A stretch of 64,000 nt of DNA from sequence record MZ574431.2; one strand, written 5' to 3'. The position numbers and the translations under genes are program-made. Below are positions 27,597 through 36,139 of the stretch, piece by piece. The notes beneath the pieces are model-generated. The model ran no database searches, was not told the DNA's origin, and was given only the letters and a program-made list of their open reading frames with translations. Every line of letters starts with the position of its first letter. Position 1 is the first letter of the stretch.

Positions 27597-28233
27597 CCTG
27601 ATCACCGGCGCCCTGGCGCTAGCCGCCGCCTCGGCCCTGCCGGCGCTCTCCCTGGCCTCCACGCCCATCGAGCACCGCGCCGAGAAGGTCCTGGCCAAGG
27701 CCGCCCATGCCGGCGGCGTCCTGCCGTTCGATGAGCCAATGGACGCCGACGTGCGTCTGTGGCTCCAGCAACAGGACCTGATGCGCGAGCGCTATCGCGG
27801 CTCCGATGGTCGCCAGGACCTGGGACTGACCCCAGCGGGGCTGGTGGTCGGGCAGCTATCCCTGGCGCGTGCCCTGCACCCGGAGGCTGGTGAACTCCTG
27901 GCCCGGCTGCTGGCCGTCGCGCCCAACCCCTACAGCATCTCGATCCTGCGCGGCGATGACGTCTATCATCGCAACGATATGCTGGCGCCGCCGGCGGCCG
28001 ACGGCACCTTGCCCCACCACTTCATCCACGCCCAGACCGATCCCGCCAACTGGGCGATCAGCAGCCTGATGCTGGGCCACCTGCGCCCGGTCGGCTACGT
28101 GGCCAATCTGCGTGATCGAGAGGCCAGCGGTCACCTGCTGCTGGAGCGCACGCCGCTGATGCTCCAGCACTGGACCCACAACCCCGACCTGGGCAAGCCT
28201 TACCGCTACCAGCCCGTGATCATCTGGGACTAG
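27580..28233 (+). CDS. Tat-signal protein, paralog 3
   Basis: MPSRRDLI + SLA cleavage site; W.ISSL.LGHLRPVGY...LERTP. Confidence 0.7.
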   Translation: MPSRRDLITGALALAAASALPALSLASTPIEHRAEKVLAKAAHAGGVLPFDEPMDADVRLWLQQQDLMRERYRGSDGRQDLGLTPAGLVVGQLSLARALHPEAGELLARLLAVAPNPYSISILRGDDVYHRNDMLAPPAADGTLPHHFIHAQTDPANWAISSLMLGHLRPVGYVANLRDREASGHLLLERTPLMLQHWTHNPDLGKPYRYQPVIIWD

Positions 28234-28237
28234 GCCG

Positions 28238-28426
28238 ATGCAATCGCCCTTCGAGCCCATGCACTGGACCATCTCGCCGAAGGCCCTGGAAGCCGACCAC
28301 GCCGAATTCGCCGCCCTGCCGCCAGCCATCCGCGCCCGCTTCGACCGGTTTCAGCGCGCCATGGGCTGGCCCACCAGCGCCGAGATCGAGGCGTCCCTGG
28401 CCGATCCGCCTCCCCTTTCTCTTTAA
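28238..28426 (+). CDS. small hypothetical protein
   Basis: ORF track. Confidence 0.45.
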   Translation: MQSPFEPMHWTISPKALEADHAEFAALPPAIRARFDRFQRAMGWPTSAEIEASLADPPPLSL

Positions 28427-28438
28427 TTCCACCCGCCG

Positions 28439-28470
28439 AAGGCGCATCCTTGTGGTGCGCCTTTTTCTTT
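28439..28470 (+). terminator. Rho-independent terminator ending the early/middle block
   Basis: AAGGCGCA/TGCGCCTT stem + T-tract. Confidence 0.8.
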
Positions 28471-28487
28471 CACCATGTCATTTCCGC

Positions 28488-28516
28488 TTGCACATTCCTT
28501 AAAATTCATCATAAAT
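28488..28516 (+). promoter_or_regulatory. AT-rich promoter of a different class
   Basis: TTGCAC-N17-ATAAAT. Confidence 0.5.
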
Positions 28517-28523
28517 CTCACCC

Positions 28524-28868
28524 ATGAAGAATTTGCTCACCCCTGAGGCCGTGGCTGACCTGGATTGGATGTATCCCACCCAGCAAGACCGCAAAGCTTT
28601 GATTTCATTCATCAATGAGTCTTTCGAAGGGACAAGCTTCGCCGACCGCATGGCGCGCGACAGTCACATCGCCGCCTTGGCGCCGAACCGCAAGACCCGC
28701 GAACACCTGCGCGCCCTCCTGCTGCGCTCCCGCCTTGGCGCGGGCCTGGGACTGAAGAAGACGCCCACGCGGACGGCCATCCTCTGGCTCTTGAACCATC
28801 ACGCGCCCCTGGCCGCAAGCCTGCACCCAGAAGCGATCGCGCTGGCGCGGGTTTCGCCCCCTCAGTAG
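28524..28868 (+). CDS. hypothetical protein
   Basis: ORF directly after promoter. Confidence 0.55.
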   Translation: MKNLLTPEAVADLDWMYPTQQDRKALISFINESFEGTSFADRMARDSHIAALAPNRKTREHLRALLLRSRLGAGLGLKKTPTRTAILWLLNHHAPLAASLHPEAIALARVSPPQ

Positions 28869-28948
28869 CGGAGTGTGCCGCGCGAAGCGCTCGCGTTATG
28901 GTTTTTCAAAGTTGCCTGACGGTTGTCGTATCAACAGGTTTTTCTCGC

Positions 28949-29260
28949 ATGACGAGTCCCAGGTCCCGCCGTTCAGGCACGCCCCCGCGAGGCGATCTCT
29001 CACGCCCTAAGTCCTCCAGCCATCGCTATGTGATCGACCAGCGCTGGTACTCCACCGAGGAGGTCCATGGCCTCATCGTCCAGACCCTGCCCAAGCTGAA
29101 ACCCAACGCCCGCACCTGCGACCAGTTGGTCCTGCATCTGGGCTCGGCCGATCTCTCCCAGGGCACGCTCAGCCGCATGCTCAAAACCCTGGCCAAGAAG
29201 GGCGTGCTCGATCAAGTCGCCCACGGCCGCTACACCCTGCCCGCCAAGGACCCCCGATGA
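28949..29260 (+). CDS. small winged-helix DNA-binding protein
   Basis: LSQGTLSRMLKTLAKKGVL.QVAHGRY. Confidence 0.65.
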   Translation: MTSPRSRRSGTPPRGDLSRPKSSSHRYVIDQRWYSTEEVHGLIVQTLPKLKPNARTCDQLVLHLGSADLSQGTLSRMLKTLAKKGVLDQVAHGRYTLPAKDPR

Positions 29261-30453
29261 CCGAGCCCAAGAAGAGAGGCCGCCGCGCCGGCGAGAGCAA
29301 CAAGACCCGCTACATCAACGGCGTGGCCTTCGAGACCCGCGAGTTCGTCAACAAGCTGATCGAGACCATCAACGCCCTGCGCGATCTGCCTGTCCCCACC
29401 GTCCAGGGCATCGTCGACCTGTGGGCCGATCCCTACTGGACCAGCACCGAGGGCGACCTTGATCTGCGCCGCTGCCTGCATCGCATGCACCAGCAGGGCA
29501 ACCTGATCCGCGAGACGCGCGGCGTCTACCGGGTGTCGGACGTCCTGCACCTGCGCGCCTCCCATGATCTGCAACTGATCGCCGAGCGCACCTTGCGCGA
29601 CCTGGGGGGGTTCGCCTCGGCCAAGACCCTGCGTAGGGCCATGGGCTATTCGGCCGAGGAAGCCGTCAACGCCAACCTCTGGCACGCCCTGCGCCTGGAA
29701 GGCTCGCGCATCCGCCGCGACTTCCGCGAGCGCTACCTTTACAACCTCCCCGCCGAGGACCTGCGCAACCTCGTCCTGGCCGGCAAGTGGGCGCTGCCCT
29801 ACTATCGCGGGGTCTATCTGGGCATGGCCAGCGCCGAACCGGGCGAGCGTCCCTGGCGCGCGCTCGTTGATCTGCACATCACCGCCGTCGGGTCGGCCTT
29901 CCAGACCGCGCGGCTGATCTGCGGCCTGGAGATCGAGGACCTGATCGCCCTCAAGCCGAACCGCGTCGACGGCGAGAGCCCCCACGTCTATCCCGATCTG
30001 GTCAAGGCCATCGACGCGGCGCGCTACGCCAATCCAGCCCGGCGATCGGTCAGCGAGTATCGCCGCGAGATCAAGAACAAGGTCGTCGTCGGACAGCGCG
30101 AGAACCGCAATGGCCGCCTCGTCGACGAGGTCGCCGAAATCCCGATCGAGGATCACGAGGAAAAAGCCGTCTTCGCCGACGACCTGCGCCGCGCCTTCCT
30201 GCGCTCTATCGAGAGCCCCGGCGCCGATCCTGATCCGCGCTATCTCGACGACAGCGACTATCGCTTCCTGCCGGCCGAGTTCTTCACCGCCGCCGCCGCG
30301 ATCTTCAAATGCGATCCCGTCGACCTGTCCTGGGGACGGGTGGGGCCGCGCGCCGACCTCGGCTGGCATACACGACGCGACAGCCGCAACCACGCTCAGC
30401 CCGAGTTCGAGGATGAAGACCTCACCGAAGAGGGCGATCGCCAGGAGACCTGA
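29257..30453 (+). CDS. 398-aa protein with N-terminal wHTH-like segments
   Basis: L.RMHQQG.LIR..RGVY wing motif; adjacent to repeat block. Confidence 0.6.
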   Translation: MTEPKKRGRRAGESNKTRYINGVAFETREFVNKLIETINALRDLPVPTVQGIVDLWADPYWTSTEGDLDLRRCLHRMHQQGNLIRETRGVYRVSDVLHLRASHDLQLIAERTLRDLGGFASAKTLRRAMGYSAEEAVNANLWHALRLEGSRIRRDFRERYLYNLPAEDLRNLVLAGKWALPYYRGVYLGMASAEPGERPWRALVDLHITAVGSAFQTARLICGLEIEDLIALKPNRVDGESPHVYPDLVKAIDAARYANPARRSVSEYRREIKNKVVVGQRENRNGRLVDEVAEIPIEDHEEKAVFADDLRRAFLRSIESPGADPDPRYLDDSDYRFLPAEFFTAAAAIFKCDPVDLSWGRVGPRADLGWHTRRDSRNHAQPEFEDEDLTEEGDRQET

Positions 30454-30593
30454 AACCCTTGGCGTGCTTGGCCCGAAGGGCCTTTTAGGGGCTGCCCGGT
30501 CATGAAAAATAGACAGGTAAGACTCTTGGTGTACTGAAAGACAACAAAAAGACTAGACCTGAACAGGGGGTGGGCGGTGCAGACACGGCCTGC

Positions 30594-30792
30594 CCCTATA
30601 AGCTTATACACATACATGGTGTATTAAACGACAAGGGAACGACATACTCAGGAGCGGCGGAAAAGGTCCCTTCCCTATAAGCTTATACACATACATGGTG
30701 TATTAAACGACATATAAAAGGTATGAGCCACAGGCTCTCACAGACATGCCGCCCTTATAAGCTACACCACATACATGGTGTATTAAATGACA
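30594..30792. repeat. three 40-bp direct repeats at an exact 79-bp period with unique 39-bp spacers
   Basis: CCCTATAAGCTTATACACATACATGGTGTATTAAACGACA at 30594 and 30673 (identical), degenerate copy at 30752. Confidence 0.9.
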
Positions 30793-30849
30793 TGTTAAAG
30801 GCATCACTCCCCCACTCCACACAGGAGACAGGGCGAAGCTTTCTCACAA

Positions 30850-30960
30850 CCACACTCCCTATCATTCTTTTTATTTATTATTAAATACACCAATTTATCC
30901 CTCTTATAGAATAGGAAAAGAAGGAATCTTCTACTTTGGTGTAAAAAGAGTAGAGACAAC
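30850..30960. other. AT-rich tract (possible unwinding element)
   Basis: TTCTTTTTATTTATTATTAAAT... in a GC-rich genome. Confidence 0.55.
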
Positions 30961-31029
30961 CTTTGAGAGAGTGATCCCCAGCCTGCATGGTCCAGACGAA
31001 GAGACGATGAGAGGACGGCGAAGGGAGGG

Positions 31030-31108
31030 CGACACGATTTGCGACACCTCCCGGTAGGACGACACCGAGGGGACGATCCTGACCAGCCGACGTCACGACA
31101 CCCGACAC
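31030..31108 (+). repeat. five CGACAC hexamers
   Basis: at 31030, 31042, 31060, 31096, 31103. Confidence 0.65.
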
Positions 31109-31395
31109 CGCGATGATGAGTGCGCGACCGGCGAACGGAGGGCGCAGCCCGAGTGAGGTGGGAGGCGTAGCTGACCTGGACTCCTGGTGATCGAACCGTC
31201 CTGGCTCCAGCCGCTCGATGCCGAGGTCTTCGAGGATTCTGGGGAAACTGATCCCGACCGGCGACGAGGGCGAAGCCCGAGGCGGTGGGATGGGGCGTCG
31301 ATCATGACCCATGTCGTGTTTGTTGACATGTGTCACGTGACGTGGCATGAAGGATTCAAGATGGTTAACGGACACCATCTTCAGGACCTCCCGAA

Positions 31396-32124
31396 ATGTT
31401 CACGCCCATCCGCGCCGCCAGCCTCGACGACCCCCGCCCCCAACTGGGCGATGGGGCTGTTCTGACCGCCGCCGTCAAGCTGGTGCTGCCCAGCTTCGTC
31501 GAGTGGACCAAGGCGCGCGGTCTGGACCTGACCGACGAGCAGATCACCTTCGCGGTGGAACTCGCGCTCAAGCAGTCCAAGACCGCCGGCGCGGATTGGG
31601 CCTGGACTTCGGCCAAGGTCCTGGAGACCGCCTTTGGCCTGCCCGGCGATGGCAAGCTGATCGCCCGCCTCGAAGCGGTGATCGCCAACCAGAAGCTGGC
31701 CTGGGAGCGCGAGACGCGCGCCTGGGTCCTGCGCACCGGCTATCGCATCCCGGCCGACGAGCAGGAGAAGGTCGAGGCCCTGGTCGAGGGCGTGCCCGTC
31801 GTTGGCAAGATCGTCGGCGTCTCGCGCGGCCTGGGCGTGGCCTATCTCCAGACCGAGGACGGGACCCAGACCTTCCGCATCGACGGCGAGGACATCATCG
31901 CCAACCACACCCAGGGCCGCTTTGCCCCCGAGACCCCGATCCTGGGCTCGCGCTATGAGGATGCGCCGGCCCTGGCGCTGGCCGCCGAGGCGCAGCGTCG
32001 CAAGAAGCCGGCCGGCAAGTTCGCCCAGCCGGCGAGCGATGCACGCACCCGCCAGCAACAGATCGCCGACGCCTACAAGGCCGGCACGTTCGGCGCGGAC
32101 GCCGATGGTCCTGGAGTCGCCTGA
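31396..32124 (+). CDS. hypothetical protein
   Basis: 242 aa; TTGACA at 31323 upstream. Confidence 0.7.
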   Translation: MFTPIRAASLDDPRPQLGDGAVLTAAVKLVLPSFVEWTKARGLDLTDEQITFAVELALKQSKTAGADWAWTSAKVLETAFGLPGDGKLIARLEAVIANQKLAWERETRAWVLRTGYRIPADEQEKVEALVEGVPVVGKIVGVSRGLGVAYLQTEDGTQTFRIDGEDIIANHTQGRFAPETPILGSRYEDAPALALAAEAQRRKKPAGKFAQPASDARTRQQQIADAYKAGTFGADADGPGVA

Positions 32125-32234
32125 TGTTGACCAGCATCCCCATTTTCGTCGGCGGCCTCGTGCTGGTGATCGTCCTGCTCACCGCCCTGATCCGTGTCGC
32201 CGACGACCGTTACGACCGGAGCAGCTTCAAGTGA
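32124..32234 (+). CDS. 36-aa single-TM microprotein
   Basis: MLTSIPIFVGGLVLVIVLLTALIRVADDRYD...; TGATG coupling; not in track. Confidence 0.6.
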   Translation: MLTSIPIFVGGLVLVIVLLTALIRVADDRYDRSSFK

Positions 32235-32374
32235 GCCTCTTTCTGACCATCCTCGCCATCCTGACGCTCATCGTCGTGTTGGTGATCGCCGCCTTCTACT
32301 TCGGCGTCTTCGTCCTGCTCTACGCCCTGGCTGGCATGTTCGAGACCAACGGCTCCAAGTGGGGCAAGGCATGA
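32231..32374 (+). CDS. 47-aa membrane microprotein
   Basis: GTGA overlap; almost wholly hydrophobic. Confidence 0.6.
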   Translation: MSLFLTILAILTLIVVLVIAAFYFGVFVLLYALAGMFETNGSKWGKA

Positions 32375-32514
32375 CCCTGCTGCTCACCGCCATCATGGTC
32401 CTGGGACCCTATCTGGTCATGTTCGGCATGCTGGGCGTGGCCGCCCTCGCCGTCTGGATGTGGTCGGGCCTGATCGCCAAGGCCCTCGCCGGCCAGACCA
32501 AGGACGACCAATGA
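32371..32514 (+). CDS. 47-aa membrane microprotein
   Basis: ATGA overlap. Confidence 0.6.
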   Translation: MTLLLTAIMVLGPYLVMFGMLGVAALAVWMWSGLIAKALAGQTKDDQ

Positions 32515-32792
32515 CCTTCGCCCTCACCCTCCTGGGCTGGCTGCTCAAGTCGATCCTGGTCCTGCTGATCACGGTCGCTGCCGGCACGATCCTGGTCGTG
32601 GTCCTCTATTTCGGCCTGATCCTGCTGGGCGTGATGACGGGCGTCGTCCTCATCGCCGCCGAGATGCGCAAGGAGGCCGCGCGCGTCGACCACAAGGTCA
32701 GCGTCTCGACGGCCGGCGACCTGCGCCTGGAAGAAGCGGTCATCCCGCTCAGCCGCACCCGGTCGGTCAAGATCGAGCGCGCCACGGCCTGA
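32511..32792 (+). CDS. 93-aa membrane protein
   Basis: ATGA overlap; two TM segments. Confidence 0.65.
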   Translation: MTFALTLLGWLLKSILVLLITVAAGTILVVVLYFGLILLGVMTGVVLIAAEMRKEAARVDHKVSVSTAGDLRLEEAVIPLSRTRSVKIERATA

Positions 32793-32794
32793 CC

Positions 32795-32878
32795 TTGAAC
32801 GACCTCCTCACCCTGGGGCTGGTGGCGATCCTCGCCTTCGCCCTGTTCTTCAACTCCGACCCGGACAACACACGATGA
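32795..32878 (+). CDS. 27-aa single-TM microprotein
   Basis: TTG start; LLTLGLVAILAFALFF; ATGA coupling. Confidence 0.45.
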   Translation: MNDLLTLGLVAILAFALFFNSDPDNTR

Positions 32879-33027
32879 GCATGCTGCTGCAAGTGACCCT
32901 GGTGCTGGTCGGCGTCGCCCTGGTGGCGGGCCTTGCCTGGGCCATGGAGCACGTCGAGGACGCCATCCACCAGACGATCGACTATTCGGACCGCTTCACC
33001 GAGAAGACCGCCGAGGCCCCCGAATGA
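32875..33027 (+). CDS. 50-aa single-TM microprotein
   Basis: ATGA on both ends. Confidence 0.6.
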   Translation: MSMLLQVTLVLVGVALVAGLAWAMEHVEDAIHQTIDYSDRFTEKTAEAPE

Positions 33028-33110
33028 TCGAGATTGTCTTTGCCGCCGCCGTCGCCCTGGTCCTGGTCATCGCCATCTTCCGGGTGGTCGACCACTACGA
33101 CGGCCAATAG
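33024..33110 (+). CDS. 28-aa single-TM microprotein
   Basis: MIEIVFAAAVALVLVIAIFRVVDHYDGQ; resembles 32124 ORF. Confidence 0.6.
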   Translation: MIEIVFAAAVALVLVIAIFRVVDHYDGQ

Positions 33111-33112
33111 CC

Positions 33113-33286
33113 ATGGCGCTGCTCGTCCTGCTGCTGACCCTCGCCGCCTTCGTCTTCGGCGCCAGCGTCTCGGAGAAAATCTACGACGTGGGCGAGGCCG
33201 ATGACGGCGATCTCTGGCGCGCGGGCGTCATGACCCTGATCTTCGCCGCCGCCCTGATCGCCATCGCCTTTCGCGAGCACCTCTGA
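33113..33286 (+). CDS. 57-aa two-TM microprotein
   Basis: two hydrophobic runs with an acidic loop. Confidence 0.6.
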   Translation: MALLVLLLTLAAFVFGASVSEKIYDVGEADDGDLWRAGVMTLIFAAALIAIAFREHL

Positions 33287-33357
33287 TGTCCCTGCTGCTG
33301 ATCGGCGCCTTCATCGTCTGGCTGGCCTACGCCACCGCCCGAAATCTACGCGTGTAG
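33286..33357 (+). CDS. 23-aa single-TM microprotein
   Basis: TGATG coupling; MSLLLIGAFIVWLAYATAR. Confidence 0.5.
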   Translation: MSLLLIGAFIVWLAYATARNLRV

Positions 33358-33358
33358 C

Positions 33359-33445
33359 ATGATCTGGACCATCCTCGGCTGGGCCTTTGGCGTGGGCTTC
33401 GTCGTGCTGCTGTTTGCCTCCTCCAATTCGAAGACCTGCTCATGA
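33359..33445 (+). CDS. 28-aa single-TM microprotein
   Basis: MIWTILGWAFGVGFVVLLFA; ATGA coupling. Confidence 0.55.
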   Translation: MIWTILGWAFGVGFVVLLFASSNSKTCS

Positions 33446-33606
33446 CCTTCATCGCCTTCGCCCTGGCCGTCAGCTTCGGCGCCGCCTGCGCCGACTTCAA
33501 GCGCTATGCCGACGACGACAATGGCGGCGGCGCTCTGTACGCGGCCGGGGTTGGCGTCATCCAACTGATCGCCATCGGGATGCTGTTCCAAAAGGTCGCG
33601 GGATGA
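33442..33606 (+). CDS. 54-aa two-TM microprotein
   Basis: ATGA on both ends. Confidence 0.55.
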   Translation: MTFIAFALAVSFGAACADFKRYADDDNGGGALYAAGVGVIQLIAIGMLFQKVAG

Positions 33607-33773
33607 TCGCCGCCGCTGGCGCGGTAGGGGCGCTCGCCGCCCAGCGCATCCGTGAGCGCGGCGACCCGCCGCTCGCGCCGATGACCCGCGCCGAGATGAT
33701 GATCCTGCTGACCGAGGCGGGCGTGATGGTCCTGGCCGTGGCGATCGTCATCGCCGTCTGCTTGGCGGCCTGA
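33603..33773 (+). CDS. 56-aa membrane microprotein
   Basis: ATGA start; C-terminal TM. Confidence 0.55.
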   Translation: MIAAAGAVGALAAQRIRERGDPPLAPMTRAEMMILLTEAGVMVLAVAIVIAVCLAA

Positions 33774-33775
33774 CC

Positions 33776-34294
33776 ATGCGAATTCTCGGGGTCGACCCCG
33801 GCACCAAGGGCGCGCTGGCCATCCTCGACACCGTCAAGTGGACGGTGGCCATCATCGACATGCCCCTGGAGATCGGCACCAAGGGCAAGGAGAAGGTCTC
33901 GGCCCAGGGCGTGCTCGAAGTCGTCCGCGCCGCCGCCCCCGACGCGGCCTTCCTCGAAGAGGTCCATGCCAGCCCGCAAATGGGCGTGACCTCGGCCTTC
34001 TCGTTCGGCGACGGCTATGGCTGCACCCGCACGGCGATCCTGGCCTATGGCTGCGCGCTGTGGCCGATCCGCCCCCAGGTCTGGAAGCCGGCCATGAAGG
34101 CGCCCAAGGACAAAAAGCAGGCCACCACCCGCGCCAGCCAACTGGTCCCCGCCGCCCACAGCATCCTCTTTGGTCCGCGCGGCGGCGCCTATGACGGACG
34201 GGCCGAGGCCCTGTTGCTCAGCCTCTATGGCTGTTTCCACCTCAAGGACGTGCCCAAGAAGGCCCTCACCCTCGTGCCGTTCCCGACCCTCTAA
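33776..34294 (+). CDS. ruvC: RuvC-like Holliday junction resolvase
   Basis: MRILGVDPG, FLEEV, SAFSFG, DGRAEALL. Confidence 0.85.
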   Translation: MRILGVDPGTKGALAILDTVKWTVAIIDMPLEIGTKGKEKVSAQGVLEVVRAAAPDAAFLEEVHASPQMGVTSAFSFGDGYGCTRTAILAYGCALWPIRPQVWKPAMKAPKDKKQATTRASQLVPAAHSILFGPRGGAYDGRAEALLLSLYGCFHLKDVPKKALTLVPFPTL

Positions 34295-34316
34295 GCTTAC
34301 CCGAGTAGCACCCAGT

Positions 34317-34871
34317 ATGACCGGCTATACCGTCCAGCCCTACCAGTACCGGCCCAAGAAGGCCCGCCTGCGCGACAACACCGCCCTGGCTCTGCTGGAC
34401 CTGCGTCCGCGCCGGCCCGCCCCCACCGTCGCCGCCTACCAACCGCGCAAGAAGCGCGCCCGCCTGACCGGGCCATACCTACCGCTCGATGCGCTGAAGG
34501 CGGGCCATACCCGGCCATACCAGCCCACCAGCCGTCCCCAACCGGCCACCCGCGCGGGCGTCCACCCCGTCTACGACGAGTGCTTCGCCACCGCCGATCA
34601 CGTCTATGAGGAGCCGCGCGGCCCCGAGATCGTGCCGATCGGCATCCTTGACGAGCGCGGGGTCATGCTCTGCCGCGTGACCATGCCGATCAAGCAGCAG
34701 ATGGGCATCAACACCGGCGGGAACGCCTGGACCGGCGATTTCGACGAGGAGGTCGAGGCGCTCGTCCCGGCCGACATGCTGCGCATCTCCACTGGCGGCG
34801 GCGGGGTCAGCGAGATCGACGCCTCGGAGTTCGACGAGGATTTCGACGATGAGGACGAGGACCTCTTCTAG
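34317..34871 (+). CDS. hypothetical protein, basic repeats N-terminal and acidic tail
   Basis: Y(Q)P(R)KK.RL repeated; D/E-rich C-terminus. Confidence 0.6.
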   Translation: MTGYTVQPYQYRPKKARLRDNTALALLDLRPRRPAPTVAAYQPRKKRARLTGPYLPLDALKAGHTRPYQPTSRPQPATRAGVHPVYDECFATADHVYEEPRGPEIVPIGILDERGVMLCRVTMPIKQQMGINTGGNAWTGDFDEEVEALVPADMLRISTGGGGVSEIDASEFDEDFDDEDEDLF

Positions 34872-34874
34872 GCC

Positions 34875-35087
34875 ATGAACATCGACTTCACCCCCATCTT
34901 CGTCATGGCCTTCATCGGCCTTGTCGCCTGCGGCGCGGGCGCCGGCGCGCTCCTGGCCCTGCTGATCGCCTTGCCGGCCATGCTCTGGAGCCACAGTTTC
35001 GTCGCCGCCGGCGACTACGCCCTGATCGGCGCGGGCGCCGGCGTGGCCCTCACCAGCCTGTGGGTCTATCGGGGGATGCGCCCATGA
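34875..35087 (+). CDS. small membrane protein
   Basis: two TM segments. Confidence 0.6.
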   Translation: MNIDFTPIFVMAFIGLVACGAGAGALLALLIALPAMLWSHSFVAAGDYALIGAGAGVALTSLWVYRGMRP

Positions 35088-35410
35088 CCCGCGCCATCGA
35101 AGCCGAAATCGTCAAGCTCCTGGCCGAGATCAAGGACGCCGAGGCCCGTCAGTCGGCCCAGACCGATTTCTGGGCGGAAAAGCAGCGCGCCTATCTCGAC
35201 GCCTGCGAGACCACCGGCGATCCCAAGGTCTTGTCGGCCGCCCAGATCGCCGCCCAGGTGGCCTATGACCTGACCCTCGACGCGGTCGCCTTCAAGGGGG
35301 CCATGATCGTCAAGCTCAAGGACCTCAAGGCCCAGCGCCAGGACGCCATCGCCAAGAAGACCGCCGCCCGCAAGGGCCGGCAGGGCGATGATGGACGCGA
35401 GGCTGCCTGA
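35084..35410 (+). CDS. coiled-coil hypothetical protein
   Basis: ATGA/TGATG coupling. Confidence 0.6.
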   Translation: MTRAIEAEIVKLLAEIKDAEARQSAQTDFWAEKQRAYLDACETTGDPKVLSAAQIAAQVAYDLTLDAVAFKGAMIVKLKDLKAQRQDAIAKKTAARKGRQGDDGREAA

Positions 35411-36122
35411 TGCCGGTTCTCGCCAACGCCCGCCAGGAGCTTTACGCCAAGCACCGCGCCAACGGTTTTGTCGCCAAGAAGGCCGCCCAGGCCGCCGGCT
35501 ACGCCACCGGCTCGGCCATCTATCAGGGGCTGGAGGAAGACCCCGAGATCATCGCCCGCATCCAGGAACTGATGGATGAGCGCGCCGAGGCCAAGGCCGC
35601 GCGCATGGCCGCCGCCCAGGCCAAGGCCCTGGCCGAAGGTCACACCGTCGGCACCATCACCGGCGTCTCCCATGCCTGGGTCATCGAGCAGTTGAAGATG
35701 AACGCCGAGGACGCCCGCGAGGCCGGCGACTTCAAGGAAAGCAACGCCTCCTTGAAGCTGATCGGCGAGGCCATGGGCATGTGGAGCGGCGCGGGCAATG
35801 ACGGCGGGCCGGGCGGCAGCTTCAATCCGCAAGGCGGCAATGACGCCATGCAACTGATCGACCTGGACGCCATCGGCCAGCTTGTCCAGGTCACCGACCA
35901 GTTCCACGCCAAGCTCGAAGGCCCACCGAAGTCAGCGTCGACGAGCGCGACACCGCCATGATGCTGATCGCCGGCCAAGGGACCAAGAACCTTGCGCCCC
36001 AGCGCGAGATGTCCACCGGCAGCGAGACCGACGCCGCCCTCCAGATGCTCGACGCTCTGGACGAGGACCTGATCGAACTGGCCCGCGAGGTTCCCCCGCC
36101 GGCCCCTGAAATTCTCGACTAA
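35410..36122 (+). CDS. terS: terminase small subunit, with apparent -1 frameshift at ~35922
   Basis: N-terminal QE.YA.....G.....AA..AGY HTH, upstream of TerL; frame 0 stops at 35961, while the -1 frame continues with normal codons to 36122. Confidence 0.7.
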
Positions 36123-36139
36123 GGACAAGACCTAAGACC

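Noticed and set aside
30594-30792. Calling the 40-bp repeat block a CRISPR array
   Set aside because: There are only three repeats, no cas genes in the window, and the spacers are self-complementary at their ends. It is reported as a repeat and kept as one hypothesis only.
35915-35930. Programmed -1 ribosomal frameshift in terS (and at 49364, 51238)
   Set aside because: There is no X-XXY-YYZ slippery heptamer, and the same missing-C pattern at three unrelated loci points to homopolymer error.
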